Shown piece after piece: positions 1 through 11,659 of a stretch of 64,000 bases of DNA. Position 1 is the first letter of the stretch. Every line of letters starts with the position of its first letter. The notes below the pieces were generated by a model, which saw nothing but the letters and a program-made list of their open reading frames with translations, was not told the origin of the DNA and did no database searches. The position numbers and the translations under genes were made by a program. The stretch comes from Phoronis australis (lineage: Eukaryota; Animalia; Phoronida): contig NMRA01000665.1 in the NCBI GenBank assembly GCA_002633005.1, forward strand, positions 1 to 64,000, written 5' to 3'.

Positions 1-1025
1 CTCCGACTGGTTACAAAACATTGCAAACTGTTGTTGAGAGTATTCTAAACACAATCGTTTTCTACATGATATCAAACTGAAGCAGCAGTATTTGGTTTAA
101 CGTTTTCCGGGCTTTTGTAAAATGTTTGACTTGTTATGGGACTTCAGTTTCATTCAAAACAATGCAATCCTCGGATTTTGGGCTAGCTGGTCACGTAAAA
201 CATGCCTTCCATGTTTGTGCAAGTGGACCTTACGGACGTTAGCAGTGAAAATCGCCCGTGTTGCATGCAAGCGAAAAACCAATATCATTTAAGCACAACT
301 TAGATATGTCATTACCTCTGTGTCTTCCTCTAACGCTGGAATGTTTACATCAAACATTATGCCATCAAGTTTCAGTCCAGTTGTTAAATGTTGTCAACTG
401 TCTTCAAAGTGGTAGACAACCTGCTAAAGATGCATACTCATATGCTACTTCAGTCAGTAGAACGCGGTTGATTGTCTTGTAGCGAATAATGGACAGTGAT
501 TTGTAAAATAAATTGTGCAAAAATAAGTGAACCACCCAGTATTAATTCGCTGAGGCTGTGAAGTGTATCGCAAAGACTCTACATACAAAGGTGTATTGGT
601 ATTTTTGTCGGCACCAGAGAACACGCAACAATTCCAAAAGTTGGAGGTTAGACAAGATCCCGGCATTCACCACCTTTCAAAACCCGTCAACAGAGCCTTA
701 AGAGAGTTTTGTTCTATAGCAAGTGTCTTCAATATTTAGACCTGTTGTCATCATGCAGCATACCAATGAAAAACTTATATATTTATTTAACAACATGTTT
801 AACAAAGAAATTGTTAACCATTTATCTGCCTCTTCATATTCGGCATCCTGTTTATTGCTAAGGGCCACCATATTACCACTCACTTCAGCCCTCGCCCGGC
901 CTCCCCCTGTCACCACCAACATTTTGTTTGCCACCCTTTCTGTTGAATATTTCTGGCTATGACATGATAAAACGGCTTTTAACATGGTTTCTGTCTCTGC
1001 GACTACGAATTTGAGTGGTCAGTAA

Positions 1026-1054
1026 GAGAGANGAGAGAGAGAGAGAGAGAGAGA
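1026..1054. repeat. (GA)n microsatellite
   Basis: Run of GA dinucleotides with one N. Confidence 0.9.
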
Positions 1055-2334
1055 GGAAGGGAGGGATTAGCGCTGGGAAATGCACTGTACCAGCTGGAGC
1101 AGGCTCACGTGATTTCGTGCGACGGACCGTAAAGTATGTGTGCAAAATACTTTTGTAAAAAAACGAGCGAGCTCCAACCTATAAAAGTGGGAAAGTAAGC
1201 GATCTAAACAAAATGTGCTTTTATTCAGGTTTACATTTTTTATCAACAGACCAGCCTACTTAAATCAGGGCAAGGGGAAAACATGTCTTAGACTGCCTAA
1301 AATTTTAGTGAGTTTGTTGTAACATTGCTTGCTTGGAGACCATTTGCTAACTCGCCAAACAAGTACGTCGAGACTGAATTATGAATAACTGAATTTATTT
1401 ACCAAAATAACGAACACTTGGTGTAAAATAAAGTGAACAAAACAGGGACAAATATAAACTTTTAGTCTGTGATTTGGTACTGTGAGCAGGAAAAATGTTT
1501 TTAAACACTTTTTACTATTTTTAACTTTCCTAGTACGAGTAAACACCGTCATAACAGGTTTGATGGATGACCGGCGATAATGTTACGCCCATTATTGTCT
1601 TGTTTATGTATATGCAGCTGATGGGACTACATGACCCCTTTTATTTTTAGGAAAATTTATTGATTGTCACTGCAATGCACGAAGACATTAGTAGGCTATT
1701 TCCATTGTTCAATTGCATGAAAAGTTGTTCGCTGTATGTTAAAAACATCACACCATCATGGCACTTTACGTTGCTCTATGGAGTACTATTTGTACATTTA
1801 TAGCAAATTCTTAGTTCAAGATTTAGTTAAATCACAAGTTTTACTCAAGTTCCTATATTTAGCATTCAAAATGTTTATTGCAAATTTCCGATCTTTAGAA
1901 ATTGTTTCCTATTCGGTTAAATAGGTGGTTGCGCACTTCAGAGTTTGGTGTTGCAGCAATTTTGCTTGATTTTTGAGTCTACCTCAAAACAGACCTCAAG
2001 CCTAACCTTTTGTTAAACAAACAGTTTTTTTATTTGATCGCTTACAGTATTAATTCGCCCTGACGCATGTTCGGCATCACGAAAGATAAATATTTCCTTT
2101 GATCGCGAAAATGCTATCCGCCGAATATACGATCAATACTTAGAATCACCGGTTCAAAAGAAATTCAATGTTGACTGATAACTCCATCAGTCATCCAAGT
2201 TCGTGAAGGGTAGTAAAATGCCCCATACATCACGGTGTCACTGCAAACGAAGGAGCAGTGTGTGTTGCTCCGCTCACACGTAACTCACGTAGGCCTAAAC
2301 CTTACACGTGAGAGAGATACTATTGTCACACCTT

Positions 2335-2540
2335 CCTCCCGTTCAGTAACGCTATCGAGGACCTCGCTAAAAAAGCAACACTTCGCGAGATTACGTGAGA
2401 CGTTGCCATGTATTTTAAATGAGATCACGTGACTTTGGCTAGATTTTAGCGAGGTCCCAGAGTCGTGAGTTCAGTAACGTTAGGTCTTCCCTAAAAAGCA
2501 AGACTTCGTAGCGTAGGTCCTTGCGTTACTGAACGCACGC
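2335..2540. mobile_element. Harbinger-like MITE, copy 1 (with internal duplication of its left end)
   Basis: Same sequence as 14265-14415 and 16149-16299. Inverted ends CGTTCAGTAACGC...GCGTTACTGAACG; flanks CTT/CTG. Confidence 0.75.
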
Positions 2541-2800
2541 CTGCTGTTGGATAATTCGGGACATTTGGTGTAGTATGAGATATATGAATGAAGCTATTCG
2601 CGGAATTGACCGAAGCCACTCCCAAACATGAAAGACCCAACGTACCTCATTTAGTTAGCGTAACTTACTGTAAAAATACATGTAGAAGACGTTCATCCAA
2701 TCACGTCCCGTCATGCTCGACTTGTTTATGTCATTATTTTAAATAGTATGAGAAGCAACATGTTGTGTCTCAGTGGTCGAGTCGTCTTGGGTGACAAATC

Positions 2801-2821
2801 ATGTTCTTGTGGACAGTTTTG
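2801..2821 (+). CDS. Secreted Thr/Pro-repeat, CxxC protein, exon 1 (MFLWTVL)
   Basis: ATG at 2801, donor G|GTAAGT at 2822, phase 0. Joined to 3867 it gives a signal-peptide-like MFLWTVLATVIFARNAFS-Q. CCAAT at 2697. Confidence 0.7.
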
Positions 2822-3866
2822 GTAAGTTTCTTATAACACCATAATACTGTTTTCAGTGGGAGTGGTGTTCATTGTTGTAGCAATATGAGGAAGAAAGTAT
2901 TCAAAGGAGCAGTAAAAATAACTAAATTACACATACTATTAGCCATTTTCTCAGACAGATTGAAAGGTTTCTGCAATCGGCATCATTAAAAGTTTCGTGT
3001 TAAGTACAAACAGATGGAATGCTAATAATATGTCTAGTGTGGATGCCTTCAATCCCAAATGCCTCTTGCAGCTGAGCGAGAAAATAATTCTACAAAGAAC
3101 CCATTAACTGTGCATTGGTAGCGGCTAAGCCAGATCCCAATGCAGTACATAGCAAGTGGGCGGATGCATCCTTCTGCTGCATCTGCGGCAGATTGTCACC
3201 CACCTTTACAACTCAACATATTATATAACTTTTGTATTTATCGATATCTGTAGTAGTTTGTCATAATATATATGACCCTTTTATCTCACCTGCACGAGTT
3301 GTTTCACTGTAAACTATCTTCGGAAACGCAGTTAGCGCATATAAATATTATTTAAGTATTAAATTATTTTATGTAAGCTATACTGCTTCGTCCTCATTAT
3401 CATATTGTTTGGATTCTCGGGTCAGTGACCCTCTTTGTTCTACGATCATTGGTTTAATTATACCACGTGATCTCGTTGTCAGGACGCAACACTGGGCCAT
3501 CGTCCATAATTCTCTCCAATTTTCGAGTTTTCATTGACCTTTTATCTCACCTACACGTTTTATTTCACTGTAAACTAGCTTCGGTATCGCTTCGCAGTTA
3601 GCGCATATAAAGTGTATTTTGTTAAAAACGCCGGCCTTGATTTTAGCGAATGGCTAACAAACAACTGCAAGAAATGTCGATTTGTAACAAAATTACAAAA
3701 ACAAGGGAAGTTGTTTTATAGCTGTGTATGGTCAAAGCTAATAAGTTCAAGAAGCACATTTCATCCAACAAGTATCCCCAAACTACATTTTTCGGCCCTA
3801 AAACTAATAATTTCTACTTATTAAGCATTTTATTTTTTGTCTAAACTTCACGTACCTTTTATACAG

Positions 3867-4219
3867 GCAACGGTGATTTTCGCCAGAAATGCCTTTTCCC
3901 AGAACACTATATTTACGAGTGGGCCAACGACTACAGCCCGCCCAGACACTACCACAAAAGCAATGTCGAGTGGGCCAACGATGACAGCCTGCCCAGACAC
4001 TTCCACAAAAGCAATGCCGAGTGGGCCAACGACGACAGCCGACCCAGACACTACCTCAAAAGCACTACCCACAGGAGATCCAGAGCCCGAGCCGGACTAT
4101 CCTTTGAAGCGTAAACCATGTTACCAATGTGAGATGAAAAAAATAACAGAGGTCAAGACTGAAAAGGGTTATAGAACCCTAATAACAGAATTTCAACCAT
4201 ACAGGTGCAGGCTTAACGG
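3867..4219 (+). CDS. Secreted Thr/Pro-repeat, CxxC protein, exon 2
   Basis: Acceptor ttttatacag, donor GG|GTAAGT. Open frame with three 17-aa SGPTTTAxPDTTTKAM repeats followed by PCYQC. Confidence 0.75.
3916..4068 (+). repeat. Coding 51-bp tandem repeat x3 (mucin-like)
   Basis: Units start at 3916, 3967 and 4018 with CGAGTGGGCCAACGA. Confidence 0.9.
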
Positions 4220-4335
4220 GTAAGTAATAATTGGTTAAAGTGACTAATAAGCTCAACTGGGCTGGGTAATTATCTTTCTTACGATTGTTATACCTATAAC
4301 TGATTGATTAATTGTACTTGTCACTAGAATAAATA

Positions 4336-4336
4336 A

Positions 4337-4404
<68 letters not shown>

Positions 4405-4408
4405 ACTA
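4336..4408. repeat. Compound (CTA)n(CTG)n microsatellite
   Basis: Directly visible downstream of the 4219 donor. Confidence 0.95.
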
Positions 4409-5379
4409 TACATCTGTGGATAAACATTACCGCCATCTCTATCAGGGCGTCCATTAATCAAGTGCACTGTGTAACTAAGGTTTGCTACAACACATTTTGG
4501 TTTCTTTAAAGCTGCAACGAAAATCGATTTAGGTCTTTCACTCTGATAATATTTCTTTGGACAATTGTCTCGTAAGCATTTTTTTTTTCAAAATGATCGC
4601 GAGGTCTACGCTTACCAAATGTTTGGGCTGTGTTCCCCCAGAGTTTTCCACTTAAGCGCCGGACAGGATTAAAGCCCAATTTCACTCACTCGCTGATGTC
4701 ATGTCCTTCGCATGCCTGATTAGATCCAGCCATAGACTCGTTCCATCCTCCAGAGCGCATTCGGCTTCGTGCTATCTGAAAATACAGTCAAATTCCTGTG
4801 TGCACATATCGGCTTCCTTATTTGGAAAATCATGTAACCTGACTTGTAATAGGTGTCGATTCAATGGTGCGAATTTACTACGAACTAACGCCAGCGCAGT
4901 GCATGTGAATGCGGACACCGACTGAGAATATTAATGTGCTGCCGTTATCCAGCCCCAACATGGAAATTTATGAAATAGAAAAGAATTATTGTGATGGGAG
5001 ACCAACCTGTGCCCTTGTTGAGAGTGCCAGTCTTTGTTGCTAAGTTACTCGGCATCATTTCTGTGGGCCAATCATGGGTCAGAACAGATAGGAGCCGTCT
5101 AGTCTCTGTTATGGTATCAGTCTAACGCAGCAACTGCTTCTGCAGTTGTTCGAGGGAAAAATCCCTGGGCACGAGCCAGTCCACTGCTAGAACAATTTGC
5201 TGGTCAGCTGCCACGGGGCCGTGAGATGGCTTCAAATACACACTTTTCAACTCATCTGCGTAAATCATACTAAAAATAATTGGCAGTAGCCCTACACGAA
5301 CGTTATGCCATACATGTCCAGGCCGTTCGGGTAGGCCCATTGTACTGTACAATTTTTCTTCTCTATTAATATATAATTA

Positions 5380-5500
5380 AAACCCAGCTGAGAAGCAGCT
5401 ACAGACCTGATTCAAGGGTCTAGCAATGTGCCCCAGTGGGACTCGAACCCACGAGCTTGCAAAGGAAGTGGACATTTATCCCACTAAACCACACTGCCTC
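5380..5500 (-). mobile_element. tRNA-derived SINE fragment
   Basis: Minus strand carries an A-box-like TGTGGTTTAGTGG and a B-box GGTTCGAGTCC. The body (GACCTGA.TCAAGGGTCTA) is shared with 59300-59412. Confidence 0.65.
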
Positions 5501-5523
5501 GGCACACCATACTATACTCGAAC

Positions 5524-8289
5524 CATAGAACTCTATAGCCCTGGAATGCCAACACCCGCACATGACTTATGTATTCTCTTGAGTTTGCGACCCCGAGACT
5601 AGCCGCGAGAGTTTGCACCGTAGACATCACCTATAGACCCTATTCACGCCGACAGGAGGCGCGTTCCAAAACGAGGCTCGCTACGATAGCTCTGGTGGCT
5701 TATCCGCGCGTAGTTGTACTCCGCGTTGCTCGAACAGCTAGAAAAAATACGGACACTCAATTGTCTGTTTTACAATCCCTAAGGACGTTGGGGTTCGGAA
5801 GTGTTGGGTTCTTGCCATACGCCGCGACGAAGCAAAATATGTCCCTGTAAAATTTATAACTGTTTTCGAATCATAATTTGTCGCATCTCGGATGCCGCCA
5901 TAGCAACGAGGACCGGAGAATCTTCGGCCAGCCAGGCTGTGTTTTCATGACTATGGGTTGAAGCGTGATGCATTTTTCTTTACAAAAAGGACAGGGCCCT
6001 CAATCCCTCAATTTTGGGGCCAAATACTGACCCTATTCCCCTCTCAAAAATATTGAAAAATCACGCGAAATTCCTGGCCCCTGACGAGGCCTGATTCCCT
6101 TAGTGATTGAAAATTTCTCTCCAACGGTTCAACTGAAATCACCTGTGACCACAGAGGTGACAATTTGAAAAAGTACAAAACCATAGGCGGATTTAAGGGG
6201 CCCCCCCTTGACTACCGCAAGCAAAATAAACCAGCAAAACCTGAAGCGGNNNNNNNNNNNNNNNNNNNNNNNNNNNNNNNNNNNNNNNNNNNNNNNNNNN
6301 NNNGGATATGAACGAGACCTCTGAAGAAACATGATAACTATGCTTGTTGCAGGGGGGATCCAGGACTTTGAGTTAGGGGGAGGGGGGCAAGGCAGAGTAT
6401 TAGCCAGGATTTTGCCCGTCAGACATTCGCGCTGCTGACGTTGTGGACCTTTTGGTAACAAAAATGAAAGCGGACTAAAAAAAAAACAAAAAAAAACGGG
6501 GACACCACTGTGAATTGCGCGTTCGAGCTTGTTCAGTAGACTTTTGTCTCATTTTCTCGGACTTTTTGATTCTCAGAAACGGATCTTTTTGCCCACTTCG
6601 CCAAATCGCCAAATGGAGGGGGGGGGCTTGTTCGACAGTGACCTCTGACATGGAAAGTTCAAAAGGCAGGTCAATGTCGACTCGACGTCGTTAGCCGGTT
6701 CGGTCACCAAACTTTCGTAAAATACTTTAAAGTAATACAATTATAGCAGTGTAAATAACGCTCAACATACAATCAGTTCTCAATCGTAACATCTTTAACA
6801 GGACTGTTGATTATATGACAGTTCTGTCTCAGTATTCATTTGCTAAATATTTTATCTTCTGCAAATCAGGCGCCGATTCCTCGGTAACTACAATATCAAA
6901 TATTGTAGTTATTTTAGTATTTTCAGGAGATGTTACAAATTCAATGCAATTACCCTTGTTTTCATCTTTGTTATCTCTTTTCAAGTAATAATACGTCACA
7001 TTTAAAGCTGTTTCTTTTACTAGAGAAAACTTGCAGCCTAACGCTCAAGTACATACATATAGGATGTGATCCGCCACGTGAACAGTCTGAGTGAAGAATT
7101 TAAAAAATGTGCGAAAAAATGAAAGAAACTTAGGAATTCGAAGTTCGATCTCGGTGGATACGCGGAATAATGTCGAGTGGGATATTACTTCATGTACGCC
7201 ACTCTCGGTACGTTTTGTGTATTTAATTTCCCACGCGACAAAGCACTATTTTCCCGCTAGACTAAAAAGCAAAAACGGGACGTTTCATGGGTTTTTGCGG
7301 CACCTTCAATTTTCCATTCAACTCTAAAATAACAACTACAAAAACGCTGTTGGGATTTTTTGGGTGTTCCATCTCCTGTTCGACAAAAAAACGCTGTCGG
7401 TACGTCATTGTGTGTTGCAGTGAAAATTCGTCCTTACGTTTTGGCCTAGACCCAGATGTCCCGCTTTTTACCCTGTAGTCCCGCATTTCAATCCAGTTGT
7501 TCCGTTTTTTCGTTCTTGAATGTTGACCGTGACAACTATGCAGCAGATGTTCAAAATAACACAGTCTCTTCTTATGAATATCCCTATTTTCCAGAGTCCA
7601 CTTTCTTTTGTCACAATCGTAAAAACGTGATCAATGCCTCTTGTCTACGGTATCATATACTACACATATCAGGATCACTAACTTTCACTTCCTGAAGAAA
7701 AGAGTTTATTTCTAAACTTTTATAGAAAGTCCTACACTGCAACCAGTTTGATGAGCTATCCATAGTATATTTTAAAACTATGTGAGAGAAGTGTGCCCAT
7801 TTTTTATCTACCAGAAAATTTTTATTTGCAAATTTCGGAAAAATACTTGAAGTAGCTTATCGCATTTTTCGTAAATATCACTGCATTCTGAATTTTTACT
7901 GAATAATTGTATCAAACGGCACCAAAGGTCCAATTAATTATAATGTATAAAGATCAATAATTTTGGATGAATGCCTAACTAAATTATCCACAGCAAAAGC
8001 GAGGGATCCATATTTTAAAACCGTTGTCTTTCTAGCGTAGAAATCTTTTCAGTCAATAAAATTATTTTCCTAATGGATCAACTAGTCGTTTATATAACCT
8101 CTCTGGTTCATTTTCTTTTTTATGTAACTATTGCACGCTGTTAGTTTTCTCATTTTGGTATCACATTTGGTTTTTAGAATTAAAAAATATTTTTAAGCTA
8201 GTCAGGTATACGAAACAATTCTCACGCATGCGCAGCGCAACCTCAGAAGCCGCGAGATCGGAGTTGGCATTCCAGGACTGAGTTCTATG
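5524..8289. mobile_element. Putative non-autonomous hAT-like element with nested repeats
   Basis: Inverted termini CATAGAACTC..CCTGGAATGCCAAC / GTTGGCATTCCAGG..GAGTTCTATG; 8-bp flanks ACTCGAAC / ACTCAAAC (7/8 match). Confidence 0.45.
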
Positions 8290-9778
8290 ACTCAAACACA
8301 GAATATTAATATATTAAACTAAACGTGTTTTTGTATGGGTGAGTGTTATTAGCCGAGGTTGCTGTGCCTAGTTAATGTTTTCACGAGACCAAAGATCTCT
8401 GCACAATGCTGCACAGAGGCGCGTTCCGTAACAGAGCTAATTGTTGTGAGTTTAGTGAGACCACGCGAGATCACCAGAAATGCACCTGAACGTTCACTCG
8501 CCAAATGGCCACCTGAAATTAATCGGCGAGGTTGGAGTTTTGAGGTATAGAAGAAAACATAAGTTAGCGGCACTATTACACTCTTCTAGCTCTCCCACAG
8601 TGCTGCGAACAGTGCTAGTAGAGAGAGAATAATCACTTTTTCCATTCAAGCCGCCGAGATTTTTCGCCTACGTTATGGAACGTGTTTCTGTTTTCAACCC
8701 AGCATCCAATATCACCATGCACATGGTCGCTTCATTAAAAGCTCTGTTTGAGAGGAACTACACTCTTTATCCTTGAAATTTATTTGCTGAAATCTGTACG
8801 CAATGTTTGTCTTTACAGTGTTGGCTGTGTTGAATTGAAAAACGGGATACTCTTCCGTGGCAGATGTTATACTGTGCTAAAGAGTGTTAAAGGCTTTTAT
8901 ATGGAAGGTAACGAAATGAAGGACGAAAACGTGGATCACTTAGTTTGCGACTGTATACCAGTTTAAGAAGAATAAGACTGCAGAGCATTGACGCTAATAG
9001 ATAAGATGCAACAATGACAAAGAACTTGACCTCCTTCAACACGTAGCTCCAGAACAACTGCTGATACTGTTGAAGCTATAATGTTGCCAATAATCACTAT
9101 GTAATCAATGAAACCATCGGAATAAAGTCATTATATGAAAACATAAGTGACCGAGACATTGATTAATTTATAACTGAATGGTGCACACTATTGCACTTAA
9201 CATATTGTTTCTCTTATCAACGATTTTGGTTTCTTACCCTGTCCGTCACTTTAGTTTTAAATAGGCATAGAACGTGAAAAACAGACTAACATGCATTATT
9301 CAATGTGGTTCTCGGCCACTGAAACAGAAGCCAAATTGTTCACCAGGTATATTTTCGGTTTGTTCAGAAAGATTTTGAATTTCTGTTCATGTTAAAACCT
9401 TTTTCATTATTTTCAACTTTGAAAAAAACCATCTGCCAACTGCTGGTCACTTCGTGGACAATTCTCCCACACAGCAAAGCACGTCTCCTTATTTGGCATG
9501 GTAAGACATAAACAAGGAACATTTCCCTAATATGGAAAATGTGACCTTTGGCCTTTGATGTGAACAAAATAATGGTGACAGCAAACAGTTCGACTTCTTT
9601 GAGTGGATGCTCGCATATATATTATTAGAGGTGGGGAATTTAAAAATTGCATTGGGATGAAAGAGCTTATATTTCGTCTGTGTTTCGAACGTAATGGATC
9701 TGACGATTTTTCCCGAATAAATTCTCGGAATTTCTAGAAAAATTACAGTGTAATATTCAAAGTGAACAACTCTTACGT

Positions 9779-10379
9779 TAGACACTGACCACCGTCCTTC
9801 TGGCCCCGACAGTAGGACGGTGAAGCTCCTATAGGCGCTTCATACGCCGGAAGCTTTTCGGCGAATTATGCCTTGCACTTACTAAAACATCAAAGTCACA
9901 TTGTTATAAATACTTCTGCTCACAAAGGAACACCTTAGGAGGCCGTCCTTGTATGCAATTCCTTCCAAATCGAACAAATACTCCAGTTATCAAACTTTTT
10001 CTTTGAGCAGTTCCTCGTTCAGTTCCCAAAATCGGCAACTCACCATTTTTAACACTGCGCGCCAGGTGGCATGACGTCATATCCCCTGGCGCACGCAATG
10101 TTAAAAATGGTGAGTTACCGATTTTGAAAACTGCTCGAAGAAAAAAATTTAATAACGGGAGTATTTGTTCGAGTTGGAAGGAATTAAATACATCGACGGC
10201 CTTCTAAGGTGTCTCTCTATGCGCAAAAGATATTTATAACAACGTAGTATTGATGTTTTAGTCAGGTTCCTAGGTGCGAGGCAATTCGCCGAAAATCTTC
10301 CGGAATATGAAGCACCTATAAGAGCTTCACTGTCTCTTCTGCGGAGCCACATTAGTATAGACAGTGCGGTCACTGTCCA
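9779..10379. mobile_element. Foldback (palindromic) MITE, Mutator-like
   Basis: Two ~300-bp arms form an imperfect inverted repeat. Flanked by the direct repeat CTCTTACGT (9770-9778 and 10380-10388; extends to 13 bp if element ends are included). Confidence 0.75.
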
Positions 10380-11659
10380 CTCTTACGTTAGCACCCCGAA
10401 GAAGAAGATTCTTCAAGATCTGTTTAAAAGTTTCCATGCCTCTTTTTTAAAATACCAACTGTTTATTTGGCGTACGATTCGTAGACGCGAAAACCTCGCT
10501 AAACGCAAGAGTTTGCGATATATTGTCACTGATGTACTACAAGTGAAGGAAGCGATCACACCAGCGTCCTTCGTTAGATTCTTGCGTATGCTGAGTTCAA
10601 TTCTTGTCTCACCTCTCTCCTTGCACTGATTGGAAATGATCTCTGGTTTTGGGGGAAGAGCTGACACGTCACTTCACAGCCTCCTTTGCCCCACCCCCCC
10701 AGGCTTCCGACATCCAGTATCAGCCATGGCCAGTGCAATTCGTGGTTACTGCTTGGAGCCATGATCGGTGCACGCGGCACAAAATCCGCTCGATCAAGCC
10801 ACCTTGTTTAACCTGGTGACGGACCAGTAACGAATCGCTGTTTTTTCATCAGCCCAGAAATAATTCTATTTGGAGAAGTGCAAGAATTACACACTAAGTC
10901 ATGACGCCGATCCATTGAGATTGCTCCAGTAAAGGGTGGTTATCAGGTCACCGGCAACACTAGCCAGGCTTTGGCGAACCGATGAAAGATTGCCGGATCA
11001 TTGTGCTACTTGGCGATGAGGGATAGAACTCTCGATCAGCTGGATCGACCAAGTATTGCTCGATACTGTGACCAAGGCGTAAGGGAAAACTTAAAGTGGA
11101 TCTTGCACTCTAATTCCTTATCTGTGATTGCTTGGTCAAATTAATTAGAAACGAAGCACATAGCTGAATGTGAATATGAAGTAGGTTCAACTTTTTTTGC
11201 CAGATGTTTTTAAGAACAAGTTTCGCGTCGAAATGATATCCGCCGTAAATCACATAACTGTGTGTAATAAGTATCGTGGCGTTGTGTTGGGGAATAACAC
11301 TGCATGGTGCGGGCTATGTCAGCCCCAAGGTACGTCATTAGTGCAAAGGTCACCTATTTGTAGAATTTTTTGCTTTCACATTACAAGTTGTCAACGAAAA
11401 CCACTGCCCTTTGTTTAGCGCAGATGATGTTCATGCGTAGTACATTAGCATAGTCAGAAACATCCAAATACATCTTTAATACCGATTGTACAACGATTGG
11501 TGTTAAATCAAAACACGGGTTCAGATCTTTAAAACAATAAGAATTCTCGAAATGATTTTTTTTAGATAAGTCGCAATCACGATTAGCATTATTAACGCCA
11601 GTATGACTAACAGCTAACCGTCACCAGAGCAGAGATAACGTCGCCGTCTTCGAATTAGC

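Noticed and set aside
1-985. Broken minus-strand frames (e.g. IRYKTINRVLLTEVAYEYASLAGCLP; VVTGGGRARAE next to a GTGAGT)
   Set aside because: May be a decayed transposon gene, but the frames have many stops and no motif I can assign.
3270-3612. Two ~80-bp direct repeats in intron 1 of the secreted-protein gene
   Set aside because: An ordinary diverged local duplication with no terminal structure.
4905-4907. In-frame TGA after Cys-Met as a possible selenocysteine
   Set aside because: The frame is not phase-compatible with the upstream exons and I cannot identify a SECIS element.
5430-5500. tRNA gene candidates here, at 14240-14470 and at 59340-59412
   Set aside because: A/B boxes only, with no intact cloverleaf and attached SINE-like bodies; called as SINEs.
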